A stretch of 64,000 nt of DNA from Camelus ferus (lineage: Eukaryota), in assembly GCF_009834535.1 (NCBI RefSeq), contig NC_045696.1:23128001-23192000 (forward strand), read 5' to 3'. The notes beneath the pieces are model-generated. The model made no database searches and had not been told where the DNA came from. It saw only the letters and a list, made by a program, of their open reading frames with translations. Positions 52,273 through 64,000 of the stretch are shown piece by piece. The stretch's first letter is position 1, and each line of letters opens with the position of its first letter. A program made the position numbers and the translations under genes.

Positions 52273-53457
52273 GTGAGTATGAAGCTCTCTCTCTGCAATG
52301 CACCAACACATTTTATGTGATGAGAGTAGAACCCAGAAAGTATATGAGATTCTGGAATTAAACTTGTAGAATTCTTGGCATTCATGATATAGATGTGTAT
52401 TAGACTTAAAGTAGACAGAGTTGTATTCAGGTGGTTTTCTCTCATGATACCAGTGTATTTAAGCTGCTTTCTGTTAGGGCTGAGATCAAGTATTAATCAT
52501 GTTTAAATTCCCAATGAATGGCACAATATTAAGGTCAAAAATAGACACTCAGATTAATTAACTAATTTGGGAGCCATATAAACTGAAGTGTATAGTGTTT
52601 GGGTGCATGTGATTGGGAAGGTGAAGTAGAACCATACTATAAATCATCCTACTCATTGTCACAAAGTAGGTCCCAGAGACTCTTCAAAATATGCCACCAC
52701 AGAACACATTTCTTCAAGCAATAAGGTCAAAACATATCCACTTATGATTTTAAGTCATTTATTATTTAGACAAATATCTATACTGATTACTTATATTTAA
52801 AGATTTTAGCTATAGCCTACCCACAGTAGTTTAATTGGTAAAAGGTCAAATGGAATTAAGTGGCTTGTCTGTAAAACAATGTGTATTTCTCCACTCACAG
52901 GTTTTCCATTTTTGCTTCTTCCTAATAATCCCACCCAAGAGGTCAAGTAGGCTAATACTTCTGAAAAAATGCCAGAAATTAAATGATTTGCAGGACAGAA
53001 GTATAAATTACTTCATGATACCTCATCTCAGTTTTATAAAAGTTCAACGATAGTGAAGCCAATCTGAGTTAGAGACACATTTAAAAGCCGTCTGGCAATT
53101 TTCAGAAAACTGTTGTCAGGAACTCACTTAGAAATGAACAGACAATTATATATCAGAGTATATAAATATTTTGTTAGAAAAAGGATAAAAGAATAAATAT
53201 AGATGTTTCTTCAGGCAAATTAGATAAAGTCAGGAAGACAGACTATACTAATTCCTGATGTAAAAGATAAATATTTAAAGAAAAATTAAAGGGTCTATTA
53301 TTTTCCATGGATGCCCCTCTCTTTTTTGTCTAATCTTCATAACTGACATAAATACTTTTGTATTTTAGACAGGTTGATAAATAGAAAACTTCTGAAATTA
53401 CTGACCTGTTAGTGGTCATAACTTACCTACAAAGATGGATTGAGAGAGAAAATTAGA

Positions 53458-53667
53458 TAATGGTGTGCTGGTAAATGTTTAATAACTGATTCTGAAAAAA
53501 GGAAAGCAAGCTTTGATTTGTAGCATTTGCTGTTTTCTATGGTGCAAATACTTCTGGCATGGCTGATTTCAAGCAAGAAAATGATGTCTCTTAAAAATGG
53601 AGTTTAGGAATGAATAGTCACAATCACCTCATTCAAGCTGATTTTCGCCAGCTACAGCACATCCTTG
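53458..53667. mobile_element. hAT-Blackjack MITE, MER63A-like
   Basis: tggtgtgctggtaaatgtttaataact, tgatttgtagcatttgc, catggctgatttcaagc; ends ccagctacagcaca. Confidence 0.8.
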
Positions 53668-53869
53668 AAATCAGGTCACATTAAGTTAACAAGTATTTTA
53701 TGAAAAAAGTTGATAAACACATACATACATATAAGCTAATAAGTATTTTATGAAAATTGATGAAGTAACTTTGGAAAGCGGTGTCAAGTATATATCCCTT
53801 TTGGGGATACACTATGTACATTAGTTTTTTGAAAGCCCTTTAAAAATTATTTCATATGAGAAATCTGTT

Positions 53870-53997
53870 TAACATTGTTTAATATAGCATCCCTCTCATA
53901 TTTATTTAACTCCTGAATTTTTTTTCTGTCCCAGAACGTCTAGTAACATCTTTCAGAATAATAATGTTTCATAGAATCACATTTGGGAAATGTGGCT
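53870..53997. mobile_element. hAT-Charlie-type fragment
   Basis: Ends aatcacatttgggaaatgtgg, like a Charlie terminal repeat. Confidence 0.45.
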
Positions 53998-56449
53998 CTG
54001 GTTACATACTTCTAGTCTCACAGGACACATAGTATAGGCTTTCGGTAATCCCAGATTACTGACAAAAAGTACTCATTTGTATAGAAAGGTCATAAGAAAA
54101 AAAGGTAAATAAAGATACACAAGTAAGGAGAAAAATTCTGTCCTGTATTTCATGGGATTGAACTATATTTAGATAATTGTCTTTGGTGCAATTACAGGTT
54201 TATGCATTTACCAGAGAGAGATTTTACTGAGCATCTACTATATTCAAAGCACTATCAGACAGTGTGGCAATGAAAATTTTAGTCTTTTTATCTCACTTAT
54301 ATGAATAAATCTTCATTACACAAGGCCAATTTTAGTTCTTCTTTTTTTTGGTTTTCTGTGGGGAGGGCAAAATATACTAATTATCTTAAAGTTTAATTCT
54401 GAGGAATGTTAAATCTAACACATCTTGTTATCTGAGTGGAGTTTTTATTGCAAACTACATGTAATATGGACATAATTCTCAGGTACTTAATATCTCAGGG
54501 AGAATCTTTCTTAAGGAAAGAAGCTGTCATTTCCCCCCCTAGATACTCAATATTAAATGTCTATCTGCATATTAATGTGTTCAAATAATAACCTTTTAAT
54601 AACTATCAATCTGAATACGATAATTTCTCCAAGTTTATATACATCCACGTGGCAAGTTAGTGTAATTTATGTTCAGATATAAATATTCATAAAATTGAGT
54701 ATGTTTTGAAAAACAAAAGAGCAAGACTAATGGTTAAATGTTAACTAGAAAAAAAAAAAAGAAACTCAAGAATCCAGCTATTTTGCAACAGATTTCACAT
54801 AAAAGCCTCTTTTTCCTTTAACCACAACCCACAGATTATCATGCAATACTTAAACTTGAGTGCATTTGCTTTTGTTTTGTTTTCCTTTGGAGAACTGAGA
54901 GGTAGATTTTCCACAGAAGAAATAACTGGCACTTGACCTCTGGCAGCAAGTATGATCTGCTGTTTCATCAAAGAAACTCCGATGCTGAATTATCTTAGCA
55001 GTACATAAATTATTTAAAGAAACTAGAACACGACTGCTTGAAGATAGTAAGTCCATTGCTTATAATAGTGCATGGATTATTGTATACTAAAATAATAACA
55101 CTTCAGTAGTTCGTTTTTTGCTCTATATGCTTTCCTCACCATACAAGCATAGAAATTAACATCTCCTTCCATTAAAAGAAACAAAACCACACACATATAT
55201 TTAGCCATGAACCTAGCTCAAAACGCAGTATGGAAGTATGCATCAGAAAATTTCCTTCTGATTTCTCTACTGAGAGCACAAAATTGTTGCTATCTTGGTT
55301 ACCAGTACTTAACTGCTCTTGTAAAACTACGAGGTAATTTTCCTTCAAGGTAAGTATTTGAAATGAATATCTACATACAACAAGACCATATGGTGCTCAT
55401 TTATAGTAACATACAGAGCTTCTTAAAAAATAAATTCAGTGGAAGTTGTTTTATGCCTTGCCCTTTGGAGCCTTCTTTCATTTTTCATTTCCTAATTTTA
55501 ATAATACACTTGCAGACAAAAATTGCTCAAAGGATAAACTGCATGGACCATCTAGAGTTAATTGTACATCAGTGGAAGAAAACCAAATATGAGCACTTCT
55601 AATATTCGGTTATGGTACATTATTAGAGGAACACTTCATCTGTGTTAATTATTCATGTCTGCATTTTATGCAGTTATTAGACTGATCCTTAATATTAAAG
55701 AATATGCTGCATTTTATATTTGTCAAATTTTTATTCAAATAGCGTTAGCTACTAGTGTTAAATCATATCACAAAATTTAACTGTAACAACTAAACATCAC
55801 ATGGAAAACAAAAAAGAAACTTTTATATTTGAATATATAGACTCACTGATGTACCAAATAATGAATAAAATATAATTGCATGAATTAGAGACAGAATTAG
55901 TATCAGAGGCTAATGGTTTGACACAGATTTGAATCCACTATACGTATATTTCAGAAGGCAGAGGAAAGCCCACACTTTCTTAGCTTTCACTTCCACACCA
56001 AGGAAGTTTCTCACCAAACCGCCTAGCTCTCTTCATGAGCTCTAACCACGGAAATGAACACAAACATGGGAAGATCCAGGGCAGGAAATCAAAGAGAATC
56101 AGATCAGAGAGAGAAACATTCACAAGAATATATATTCTATGTTATGGTCTGGCAAAAAAAATGGAAATATTTTTAAATGATATTCATCATAAAGTTATAT
56201 TAACAATAGCTGTATGGTCCTGCCATGGGGCAGGGGGTATTATTTTGACCCCTGACCTCTGGTCACATAAGAGCTTAAGAAATGAAAATCATGTTGATCA
56301 TCTCTGTTTGTTTTATACAAATTTACTGTCTTTATTTAGACTGGTATAAGAAAAAAAATTCTATTCTGAAATAGCCCAAGTCTAGTTCTTAATAGTCATG
56401 TGACTTTTTTTTTTCCCTGCCAGCCATGTGCTCTGTATCATTTTACTCT

Positions 56450-57070
56450 GAAATAACTATGCGGATTTCAGCTGAACCTGCCTTTGCTTATAATGCATGA
56501 CATACCCCGTGAGGGAGCCTGAGAACAGACTCCCTTGAAAAGCAAGGTTCTCATAGTTGGCCTGTAACCATGGAAGCAGATGCCGTTTTCTTCTTACCCC
56601 TGCTTACCTCTTTGCAGCCTCGAGCTGCTCCCTATTGTTAAAAGGGGTACGCCTTGATTTTTCTTCATCATGACCGAACTTGCCTCTTCTTCAAAGGGCA
56701 CGATGCTGCAGGTCATTGGTCTAGACTGTTTGCACGGTCCAGAGAACAGCCTTGATGTAACCCTTGCTCCGTCTGAGCCACACCACCAGCCGTGCATCTG
56801 TAGACTGTAGGGGGACATTGGAGATCTGTATTTGAAAAGAAGTCTGTCTGATTTTGCCATTGTGCCTTTTCACTCATCGATCGAATGAATATCGAACCTT
56901 CTGTCGTTGCATGTGTGAAATAGATAGCTTAGCAAGCACTTTTGTGCCCAACCTGTGCGATGGGCCAAAAGGTTTTCCTTTTCGTCTCAAGAATTTTTTT
57001 CTTCAGAATTTATGAATCTCGTGTTAGCTTAAATTATTTATGTGCTTTTATTTTATCCAACTGTTACGAT
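56450..57070. promoter_or_regulatory. CpG-retaining segment; candidate alternative promoter or first exon
   Basis: About 18 CpGs in ~610 bp by manual count, against a CpG-depleted background; lies in a transposon-poor zone. Confidence 0.5.
56608..56860 (-). CDS. Putative first-exon ORF (84 codons + 1 nt, MAKSDRLLFKYRSP...GSSSRLQR) open into a splice donor; may only be a uORF in a non-coding first exon; product unknown
   Basis: ATG in strong Kozak context (ACAATGG); frame open to GAG|GTAAGC at 56608/56607; second donor GGG|GTAAGA at 56598/56597. No recognisable protein family. Confidence 0.25.
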
Positions 57071-60000
57071 GGCCATTTGCATTACTTCATCAGCAGTGAC
57101 TTGCTTTTGGTACTAGAAGGAACATTTTCTTTTCTGTCAACTGTTTCCTTTTTTTTTTTCCTTTTGCAGCTTTTTAAGATCTTCTAGCTTAACTCATTTG
57201 TAACTAGAAGTGGTATAACTGTATCCTGCTAAGCCAAAAAGTTGAGGTATCTTTTTAAGAAGATGATTAGATGATGCCTATCATTTAACAGATTTAATTC
57301 CAGAAAGGTGAACTTGAACGGCCTCAAGGTAATTTCAGTGATTTGTAAGAGTAAGTAATTCAAATAATCAGATTGACTTTAAGTTAAACAAAATGTTTGG
57401 TAAGCTCTGTTAAGGGAAAATATTTTCTTTGTTTTTCCCCTTCTAAGAATTTGGGGAAATGTTAGTCTGAAGTATTGAGATATACTTAAAGAGACGTAAC
57501 TTTATTACTCTGATTTGACATGTTAAATATATTCCACGTATTTATAATATGCATCTTATAGCATGATTTCATTAGAAAGTATACAATATGGAACTACGTT
57601 GTTGACATTTCATTTTTAGTACAATCGTAATTTACCGCTTTTCATCAATAGCTGATATTAGCAATAACCGATGGCAACTACCCCACCTGCTAATTCTAAA
57701 ATGCATTCTTTTTACTGAGTCCTTAAAAAATCAGAATCACTTCAGAATGCCTCACATGCTTATCTTCAGTATACTGCTTGGCAAGCATTGTCTATGTGTA
57801 TCAGTTTTTATTTGGTTTGGTTTTGTTTTAAGAAACCACTATCTCATACTTCAGGGCATACCTATTTTCTCTAATTGCCACAGGAAAAGGGGAGGTCCAG
57901 AACAGAATAAAGAAGGTTATTGTGACAGATGAAACATAACTCACAATGAGTACTCTTTTCATCCAGCCTTAAGTAGCAGAGGATTACTTCCAAGCTGAAT
58001 TTGGTGGCAGAATGTATGAGCTGATTTTATTAACATATAAGGACAGGCCAAAGGCAGAAAACCTATTTCTCTTCAGCTGGGTGGTGGTTATTTTGTGTGT
58101 GTCTGTTTGGGGGTCTTGTTTTGTTCACCTCAAATAGAAGATATGCTGGACAGAAGAGAGTCTGAAGAAACGGAAGGAGCGGGTGGGGGGAGGGTAGGAA
58201 ATAAGAAACTTAAAGCAATAAAAGTTGGGGTTTTCTGTGCTAGATAATGAAAAATGATGAGATAAATTAATTTTTACATTCTTTGGCATGCACAGGAAAT
58301 AAAGTCATGCTTTTTTTCAACAAACATATGAGCTGCAAAAGGAGGTAAATTTTATTTTGTAAACTTAAATTTCTTTAGATACTAAATTTTTTACCTTTCT
58401 TCATAGTCTTACTTTCAAGTCATTTGTTAGGTTTCTAGATACCGTTAGGTCTTAAATTAGGGCTTAATACTAAACTTTAAATTGGTATATGTTTATTTGG
58501 ATATTTTATTTACTTTCAATTGTTTGCTTTGTTTTTAATGACAGAATTTTATTTGGTCTTTATAAAAATTTTTATATTCAAGTATAAATAATTTTTATCT
58601 CCTTTCTTTTACCAATGCTGCCAGATTTTAAATTAACTGCAAAAAATTGTACTTAATAAATATCAGTGCATCACAAGAAAATTCCAGACTACAAAACTCA
58701 TTGCTTTTTGTTTAAGTGGAGTTTCATTTATACTAACCATTTGGATTTACGTAATCTGTCATTTTTTTCTCTTTTGCTTTATTTTCAAATAAGTTATAAG
58801 AATTGTAGATGAAAGAATTTTCTATCTGTAAAAGGAAAAGTAAGTGGTTGTTCTGTCCGGAGCACATCTACTATTACAGAACTTACAATGAAGTGCCATT
58901 TCTCTGCTATCTTCTTGTCAATCATAGTTTGTTATTCCAGAAAGTGAAAAAAAAAATCTAAATTCTAAATTGATATCTTTCTCAATATAACAGATACATT
59001 TCATATTTCAAATATTGTAATGAATAGTTCAGATGCACTGAATTTATCTAGGTATTCCCTGAAAGAAGGCATAAAAACTATAATCTACAGCTACTTCTTT
59101 TAGATATCTTTTAAAAGCACAATAATATGGTTCTTTACTATCTGTCAAATACACAAATTGAATTAACTAAAGTTATCTCACTTTATTAAGTTGGCTTTGC
59201 AGCTAAAAATTTAATAAAATATGCAATAAGATTCTTTTACCTTAAAATGTGTTAACACTGTTAACAAATACTTATTAATGCATTGAAGTTTTGCTTCCAT
59301 TAACTGAATTTTCACTTCTATTTATGTTGTGATTGAACTGCTACTGATCAAAACGCAGTGATTTAGAAATAAAAGAATGTAACTACTGTATCATTTCAGA
59401 AAATTTAAGAAATCATATAATCATTATTTATCTGCTGATTAAAACAGAAATCTTTCCTTATACCCACTACAAAAATAATGCTAAATTAAATCACATGTCT
59501 AGAGAACATTTTTAGAATACTCCTTTATATGCTTTTGTTAATACAAGATACTCCTTTAAACAAAATAAGACTTCCAAAGGACAAGTATGAAAATATGGAA
59601 ATATTTATTATTGCCAGATCATCTACAGAGATTTCCTATTTGTAGTTTTCATTTCCTTCCTAAGAATTACTCTGTAGAAACATGCCAGTGCACACACATC
59701 TTTTGAGTTTGGTAAATTTTCCACTTCTGCTGTTATTTCATAAGTATGGCTTTATACAATTTATTTGAAATATCTGTGTAGTTTATTATTTGAAAATATA
59801 AAAAAAATGAAGGAGGACTAAAGTGACATTTTTAATTGAACAGAGTAAAGAAGAAAACTTTAAGAATGATGAAGTTGATACAGAAATTATTTAAATGCTG
59901 TGTCTCATGGTATAAAGTTCTTTAAAAACAGGTTTTATTTTATTCATGGTTGAACTTAAAATCAAATAGGGTATGTTGAATGCTCATATCTAAAAGTAAA

Positions 60001-60419
60001 ATTCATTTACACTCATTGAATATTATAAAATATGAGAAAACAATTGTATTTATCTGAGGACAAGGTTTTTGTTTTGCAATCACATGACAGCTTTTTAAAA
60101 AATGGCATTTACAAGCTGAAAGTGGTATCATTGTGTACATGCGTTAAAGTAACCTGTATAATCAGCAGAGTATAGCAAAATAATAATAAAAGTAGAGGTA
60201 AGTAGGTAAGTGCATTTGATTTTCATGCAAGACCTCTGCAAAGTTAACCTCTGATTTATTCAAAATTTATTTCCTCTGTTTTAGGCCAGGACATTTTTCA
60301 TATTTCTTTCTTCTTCCTCCCCCTCCTTTAAACACAATTTTGCTATAAACCTCTGCACCTATCACGAGGAAAGGCACAACACTGAACAGTGGCAGTTCAG
60401 GAAGCAGCCCTGTGAATGC

Positions 60420-60441
60420 AAAAAAAAAAAAAAAAAAAAAA
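60420..60441. repeat. Poly(A)22 tract
   Basis: Read directly from the sequence. Confidence 0.95.
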
Positions 60442-63400
60442 TCACAGACTTTGATTTTATAAGACAAGTTGGATAGGAGTCAAAACTGCCACATGCAGTG
60501 TGAAAAAATGCCACCCTGGTGTGAACAAAAGGTTTAAAATGGAGTCAAGAAGCGTGCAAGCTCGATGTCTATGCTTTTCCTGTGAATTGTCTGCCACAAC
60601 CTGCAGGGTATCAAGGGGGCTGGGAAGAAGAGAGAGCTCTTGGAAGCTACAACTGAGAAACACCAGCAGTCGAATGTGTTAGTCTTTTTTTTTTTTTTAA
60701 AGTTTAGTTTAGTTTTGTTTAGTTTTGTTTTGTCTCATCTAGGAATCATTAAACTAAACTGTTTTATCCAAAACATAAAACAAATCCAAAAAAAGTCACA
60801 TGTGTGAAGAAACTGTTGCTTACAAATGAATTGTTACGTTTTTCCCTTTTTTTTTTTTTGCATTCCTTCATTTATAGCAAAATGAAGTTACCAAATGTAT
60901 CTCGCATTTTAAATTCTTTGTTTTGTGGGCCTGCATTTTATTTACAAAGGGTGAATAGGGAAAAAGGCTTATAAAATCCCGACTACTGGAGTAAAAAACG
61001 TTATCATAATGCTCATGTTTGCTTATCTTCTAAATTCAAGAAAAGAATGAGGGGAAAAGACTAAGAGTTCATTATCGGAAACAAGCATTTCATATCTTAA
61101 TAAACAATACAACAATAACTCTGAATGAATATTCAGCAGGAATAGTCCTTCAGAAACAATACTGCTACAATGTACTAGTACAATATATTAATATTATACC
61201 TTACCTAACATATTGCGATGTAAAAATGTACTCCACAGCCAAAAATGTTTATTAACCAAAATTAATCAGTTAAATAAACCCAAATTTAAACCATCATCAT
61301 TTGCTTAAATAACTAAAAAAGGCAATTCAACTTTAAGGACAATTAAAAAGTATACCAATATGTTATAATCTCTACTTCAGTAATCTTAATATGTTTATAA
61401 AGGCCCATAGGAATGCTAACTACATGATAAATTATGAACAGCATTTAAAGAAAGTAACATTTCCTAGGTGATTGTGATCTAATCAATACAACACATCTAA
61501 ATGCAAAAAGAAACATCTTTGATGAGCATTGAAAAGATCCTTAAACTTTGAAGCCAGTTTTATTACATTTGCATCTTATCTCTTATTAAGGATTGGGTCT
61601 AAAGCCAGCAAATCCCATCGGTTATGAATGCAGGTCAAGACAGGAACATTTTTCTATTTACTCTTTGTAACACTGGATAGAAATCAATCTGTTACTTTCA
61701 TTACAACCACACAATCAATTCCATTTAAAGTATAATACAACAGCCAAGTCCAAGGACAATATGGATCCTTGGAAAAAGCTCATACCATTTGCAGGGCTAT
61801 ATTTGATATAGCTCCTGATGAATTGTTTTCTTTCTAATTAGTGTACATGGTCATTTAAAGCAAACATGACGAAACTGGTATCATGACACAAGATCCAACC
61901 AGAAATTAAGAGTATAGTCTTCGTCAAAGTTGCATTTAAAAAAATCATCCCTTTCAAACAATGAAAACCTTACAAGAAAGGATTCTCTCTCATTGACTTA
62001 TGTGAGCAAAACATTATTATATAGCCATTTTGATTTTTCAAAAAAAAATTTATACACAACAAAAATCCTACCTTGAAATTAGTATATGAAATCCTTATTT
62101 CAAATGCCACCTTCCTCTCATCCCTCAATAAACAACTTAATTCTGATCAACTTTATCTTGCCTCAAAATTTCCAGGATTTTTGCTTTTAGGAGTTTACTT
62201 GCACAAAGCATAGCTCAGTAAACAAAAGAAATGTGTCCACTGTGTATTCTATTTCCACATAATAGAACCATCATCTCAATTATTTTTAAATATCAAATCT
62301 TCATATTCATAAATTATTTGAAAGCACAAGATAAGCTACTGTACACCAATACTCACAGTAGGTGAATGAGTTTTTTCCTTTATTTTATAAATGAAGATAT
62401 TTTCCTTTTACACATTAGTTTCAAGCATATGAATTTACATATCTCCTTGACTTCCTCAAACATATAGTAAGTGAATGTCTTCAAGAAGAGCAAAACTGAC
62501 AATTCTCTCAGATATAATTTAAAAAATATATTTGTTATTCAAATGTAGTCTGCTCATTCTATATAAAAGGGATAACTCAAATTTCAATTAAATAATTTTT
62601 GGTTTCTCATCAAAACCCTATCTGTGTCATTTATGCAAATTACATGACCCTGAAATTCTGGACTTTGGAAATGTTTTCTCCACTTAGAAAAATACAATTC
62701 AGATTTTAATATTTTTCTTTCCACAAAATATTACAAGGACATACTTTTCTGTCACCAATCAGTAATGTTTTTATTATAACTATTGTTAATAAATTTCCCT
62801 CTCTTTGACAGGAAGTAGCTCCTAGAGCTTGGCTTCCCTCAAACACAGCCTGTAAATATGGTCTGAGATGTGAAGGTACTCCTGCATGTTTTAAGGGTCC
62901 CTCAATGTTTCTGACCAGAAAGAGGTGTCTTTAGTGCTATGTTTCTTGCATAAATAAGTACAGGCCAGAGAGCCCAATGTCAAAATCTCTAGACAGATTG
63001 TCACTGCCTGAAAGACATTCTACTTTACCTCCAGAACTCAATTTCTGATGACCTTGAATGGCCTGGAACAGGGCTACTGCTGAGTTGTGTTTTCTTGTTT
63101 TTTTATGGCCTTCACCACTGAGAGTATCCAACTCTATCCCCCTTCTCTCTGATCTACCTGCCCGGCTACCCTTTCAGATAGAGCAGGCACCACACCCACA
63201 GACGACTTGCAAAAATCATGCTCTGGGCCCCCAGGAACTTAGAGTAAATTCAAATTGTGGAGGTAAATGATAGGTAGGCCAAGCCTTGATGGCAATTCAG
63301 AAGAAAGACACCAGGATGGACTAGGATATCTGGAGCCATTTTAGCTTTGGACATTCATAGTACCATCTCCTAAAAAGCAGAAGAGTCATCTTGAGTAGGT

Positions 63401-64000
63401 GGGTCAAAACATAAAAGGAAGATGAGCATTACATGTTCAAACACAGGCAAGCAAACTAAAACCCTTGTGTGCTGATTTCTGTATGTTTATTAGTTGTGAT
63501 TTTAACTGTCATGTTGTTCTTAAATGTTTCTGAAGCTATACAGGGAGTTCCTAAAAACTATGGCTTTCAAACTTGCATCCCTGACACAGTATTTAATATT
63601 TTATATATTTTAAGTTTTGCGTTCAATTCAGAAATGGGCTCATCCTTTACATTCTATCTAAGTTTGTCCGGAATGCAGGATTTTTCCTAAAAGACCAGAA
63701 TCACTAGTTGTATTTCCCTTTTTTCTTTATTTCCTTTAATATTTGAAAAATAAATAGGGCTAATATGTAATTTATTTTTCCTTTTTACATTAAAATTTGT
63801 TCGTGGAAGTTCAGTTTTCATATACCAAATGATACTTCCTATATTGAAGGAATTTCAGGAAATCTAATCAATATTATTTATTACTACTTTTCTGTTGGAT
63901 GAATTACGTTTTGATAAAATTAACAGGCTCTAATTAATAAATTTCAAAAAAAAACCATTTAACAAACTTTATACATAATATTTCTTGTGTCACAAAATCA

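Noticed and set aside
56450..57200. Naming the host gene (large multi-promoter loci such as ZBTB20, SOX5/SOX6 or MEF2C came to mind)
   Set aside because: The resemblance is architectural only; I recognise no diagnostic sequence. BLAT to human or mouse would decide it.
58172..58198. G-quadruplex candidate GGGTGGGGGGAGGGTAGG
   Set aside because: Only three separable G3 tracts, so not a canonical G4.
2490..62640. Multiple ATGCAAAT octamers
   Set aside because: About nine seen, scattered, and not clearly above chance for AT-rich DNA.
1..64000. ORF-track ORFs as protein-coding genes
   Set aside because: All are 138 aa or shorter, many start at non-ATG codons or lie in repeats or microsatellites, and none resembles a protein family I know. 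Only the 56.6-56.9 kb ORF has supporting context.
1..64000. CRISPR array, operon or other prokaryotic/phage system; tRNA, rRNA or snRNA genes
   Set aside because: The sequence is mammalian; I saw no regularly spaced repeat-spacer units and no recognisable structural RNA genes.

Overview
AT-rich, CpG-depleted placental-mammal genomic DNA that is almost entirely non-coding and looks like intron or 5' region of a very large gene. I found no multi-exon protein-coding structure, RNA gene, CRISPR array or prokaryotic-type system, and nearly all ORF-track ORFs look like chance or repeat ORFs. Old eutherian repeats dominate (MIR, L2, L1M, MLT1, an ERV1 solo LTR, MER3/MER5/MER63/Charlie, MADE2). Young L1 3' ends look artiodactyl, probably camelid, and I saw no Alu, B1/B2, Bov-tA, PRE-1 or SINEC elements; the species call is inference. 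The best functional candidate is a CpG-retaining segment at about 56.45-57.07 kb inside about 9.5 kb with no recognisable transposons. It reads as a minus-strand alternative first exon with two tandem GTAAG donors, a strong-Kozak 84-codon ORF and overlapping uORFs. Other points are exon-shaped non-coding segments on both strands, a strong CTCF motif, several hairpins, an old 150-bp duplication and nested or twin-primed retroelement insertions. I cannot name the host gene. Repeat family names come from recalled consensus sequences and their boundaries are approximate. Nothing here demonstrates a new biological system.
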